From Selaginella moellendorffii (Eukaryota > Plantae > Lycopodiophyta), in NCBI RefSeq assembly GCF_000143415.4, contig NW_003314294.1, forward strand, positions 1,230,416 to 1,294,415: a DNA stretch of 64,000 nucleotides, written 5' to 3'. Shown here piece after piece: positions 61,028 to 64,000 of the stretch. The translations under genes and the position numbers were made by a program. Position 1 is the stretch's first letter. The number at the start of each line of letters is the position of its first letter. The notes beneath the pieces were generated by a model. That model was given only the letters and a program-made list of their open reading frames with translations. It had not been told where the DNA came from and did not search any database.

Positions 61028-64000
61028 TTATAAGCCGGGATAAACAGTGGAGGCAATCTCTCTCACGCCCGCTAGCGATGGCTCCAAGCTCGCATGCCCG
61101 GCTGTGACTGCAGAGAAACGAAGAAACCAGGCCAGGCACGACCATGAGAGAAGAACTTACTCCAAAAACGGTAAAGCTATTACCTCGGAGTAGTGCCTTG
61201 AAATCTCTCGCAAAATCGTCTGCTCTCAGCGAGACTGGTGTGACGCCACACACCCGAAAAATGCACGCCTCCAGATACAAGGACTTCTCCAGGATACTCA
61301 GTAGCATGCAGCACGTATCCCCAGCTTCCTTCGAAAGTGAAGATCCTGCCTTGCTGGTAGCGATTTCGGACGCGACTAGCATAACTTGATCCTGGAAGAA
61401 ACAGTCATTCAGGAGTGTAAGCTCGTCAATCTGATTTACCTGCAATGCGTGGAGTATCTCGGGAGCCGGCAGCTCTGGAAAGCGGCCTTTCGTAGCCGAT
61501 GACCGGCCTTCTTCCATGTCCTGCAATGCTTGCCGGGCTTGGATGACGAGGAAGCGGAGCAGGAGGTTGGCAAGCCTGTACACCTGAATCGCGATCGACT
61601 CCGAGTACTCAGAGCCCGACGTAGAATCAAGCTCGTTCCCGGTCGCAGAATGCGGCTTCCTGTGAGAGCCCCTGGCGGTGAGAAGAAACCACGCTGAAGT
61701 GCCACCCAAGGTGGCAGCCTTTGCAAGAGCGACCGTCTCCTGCCTTTGAAGAGGAGGACACGATACTCCTTCGCCAGTGGCCGACCGAACTAATCCTTCG
61801 CGTGCAACATAGGCCAGCAGATGCACAGCCATCTCGCGGAAGTCGACGAGCTCGTCTCGGACGGTGTAAACGGCAGCAATAGGATGACGGATAATCTCAC
61901 ACAGAAAAGCCGTCACGTACTGGGCCTCTTGAAGCGCCGAGGAGCTCGTTTGAGCACGATGATATCTTGCCACCTTTCTGCCTTCTGAATCCACGCAGAC
62001 GTTGGGAGAGCATAACGCCAAGAGGATTTTATGCCTCTCAGCTTTGAAGTAGGAGATGGTGGTGTCCAGAACAGTTCCCCGGTATGCGTCGTTGTCCCCC
62101 AGAGCACGCAGCAAAGAAGCCACTGCGGCCACACCCAACGCCCACACTGCTTGCTGTGAGGACGTCTCGGTCATTGATATGGAAAACGGTCCTCCTCCAT
62201 AGTCTTCCTCCCCACGGTGACTAACCAATGATATAGAGTGCAAGAAGCCCGCAGTGAAAAGCATCTCCGCTCCACTCTTGAAGCAGGATAGATAGAGACA
62301 GAAGCTCATAACAGTGGCACGGGTGTTGTCATCGCCCCCTAGTGCCATGGACGATACGAGGGACTTGGTCGGAAAATGAGCCTGTAAGATAGGAATCCAC
62401 GTTGATGGAACCAGACAGAACCTGATGACCATGTTCATAGCAGCCAAGGCCAAGCACCTGTAGTCCTTGTTCTCAACCATGCCACACAGCATTGGAAGAA
62501 AGCTCAAGGTTTCGGCACCGAAGTCAGCCTCGCCTGTAAGTTCCACCTTTGCGGACATAACTTCAAGCGCCACCAGCAGGCACCCAAAGAGATCCTTGAG
62601 AGTCACGTCCTTGGCACGTTGAGAGTCCAATATAGACTTGATGCAGCTCAGAGATGTGGTGATAGCGGTCGCACAAATTCCACGTAGCTTGTGCTCTTCA
62701 GCATTGGTTTCTGGCGAAATCAATATCTGCCACATCATTGCCTCGAGAAGCTTTGATTGACATGCTACGAACTTCGGCACATAGATTGCTCGATCCATCT
62801 CTGCAGATGTAACGGTCCTCTCAAGTCGGACACAGACTCGTTCCACTAAACTTTTGAGAGTGTCGCAAGTCCAGACTTGACTCTGGAGACAACCCAAACG
62901 TAAGAAATTTGGAAGAACGAAGACGAAAATTACACTTACCTTCTTCTCCGCACCAGAAATCTTGACAACGTCCACAAGGCTAGTCACTGCCGAAATGTGA
63001 GCGGCTCCGTTGTGGATGATGTCATTGGCTTTTTCAAGACTGTAGAGCACGTTTTCTGCAACCTTGGTGGTCAATACATCGCCATCTCGATCCCAAAACT
63101 CCAATCCTAACGCAGATCTGAGTAAGTTGACGTCATAATGGCGGAAATCTTCATGAAGTGTAGGAGACGACGTAGGAGGAATCAAAGCCGTATCTAGTTC
63201 TATATCCGCCAGAAAGTTCGAGATGTCTTGGAAATGGCGATTAGAGATAGTTCTACCATGCAAATCTCCTTGAAGGTTATAATACAGGTCGCTCATAACC
63301 AGCAGTTCGATGCTTCCCGAATAACTGCAAAATTTCCGAAAAGCTAAAGAACCTTGTTATGAGAATGTGATGACAAACCTATAACCACGAGAACTGTATT
63401 GATTCACGAGCTCCTTGAAAGAAGGATGCGACAGTATCTATTAAAAACAGATTAGTCACACCGAGAAATAAATAGACACAACCTGAGAGGAGCGCTGAAG
63501 AAGACATTTGGTAAATGAAACATCCATCCCCTTGTTGTCACCTGACAAAAGCTTAACCAGCAAACCGATAACAAAGCACCTCGCTTCCCGCTGCAAGTCA
63601 GGCATTTAGATAGATGATGAACAAAGTCATGGTCGATCACCTTTGTTTGAAGTACGAATTCCTCTGAGTGATCATAGTCTACGTAGGAAGATAGAATCTC
63701 GCGAAGCTGAGTTGACGAAATCCAGTCAGATAATACAACATTCGATCTTCGCTTCAGATCGTTTGTCTTTGACTCAGCCGTTCTTGACACGGACTGAATA
63801 AACATATCGTAGATCATTATCTGAAAGATTGACGCCTGACAACGACGGCACAGAGCACGAATAACGTATTCTTCCTGGGATGAGATGTCGGGATGTAGAA
63901 GCTCAACAGCTCGATTGGACAGCGTCTCCCAAAAGGATTTCTTATTCCTCAGCACTGTGATCCCAGTGAGGCATTCGCTACCACCTTGCCATATTGAGAG
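61028..64000 (-). CDS. Large alpha-solenoid nucleoporin, NUP188-like (3' part; starts beyond the window)
   Basis: LMSDLYYNLQGDLHGR, LVPSTWIPILQAHFP, GAEMLFTAGF, FPELPAPEILHALQ/DQ, LEKSLYLE; spliced last exon ends VYPGL* at 61028. Confidence 0.75.

Noticed and set aside
60879-63296. 805-aa ORF as a complete gene
   Set aside because: It reads through in-frame introns of the nucleoporin; the spliced stop is at 61028 and the gene begins outside the window.

Overview
This is eukaryotic land-plant nuclear DNA. It is very gene-dense, with many GT-AG introns of about 44-70 nt, telo-box (AAACCCTAA) promoters and a PLS-type PPR gene. That architecture suggests the lycophyte Selaginella (inference only). 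Bases 1-6.5 kb, 18.3-19.7 kb, 24.4-28 kb and 46.2-47.1 kb are AT-rich, CpG-depleted transposon decay, including a diverged LTR-like repeat pair and a 100-N gap. The rest holds about 20 spliced genes: STRAP-like WD40, cyclin T, isoamylase 3, class III peroxidase plus an inverted pseudogene, DEG1, phosphoglycolate phosphatase, centrin-like, PPR, CoA-Nudix, CAMTA, XBAT-like ankyrin-RING, UIEF-like export adaptor, two PTB3-like RRM genes, Ole e 1-like, kelch, ABCC transporter, CDCA7-like and the 3' end of a NUP188-like gene, plus a tRNA-Gly(GCC). Three observations stand out. (1) A Crinkler/RHS-type P-loop NTPase + restriction-endonuclease-fold gene (6640-~9254) splices in frame onto a captured, catalytically degenerate eIF4A domain, which resembles an integrated-decoy design. 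(2) A second, dissimilar intronless NTPase+REase gene lies at 19750-21612, with a possible third decayed remnant nearby. (3) A head-to-head pair of PTB3/hnRNP-L-like genes, 89 bp apart, both carry mitochondrial-presequence-like N-termini. All family assignments come from motif recognition by eye; no searches were run.
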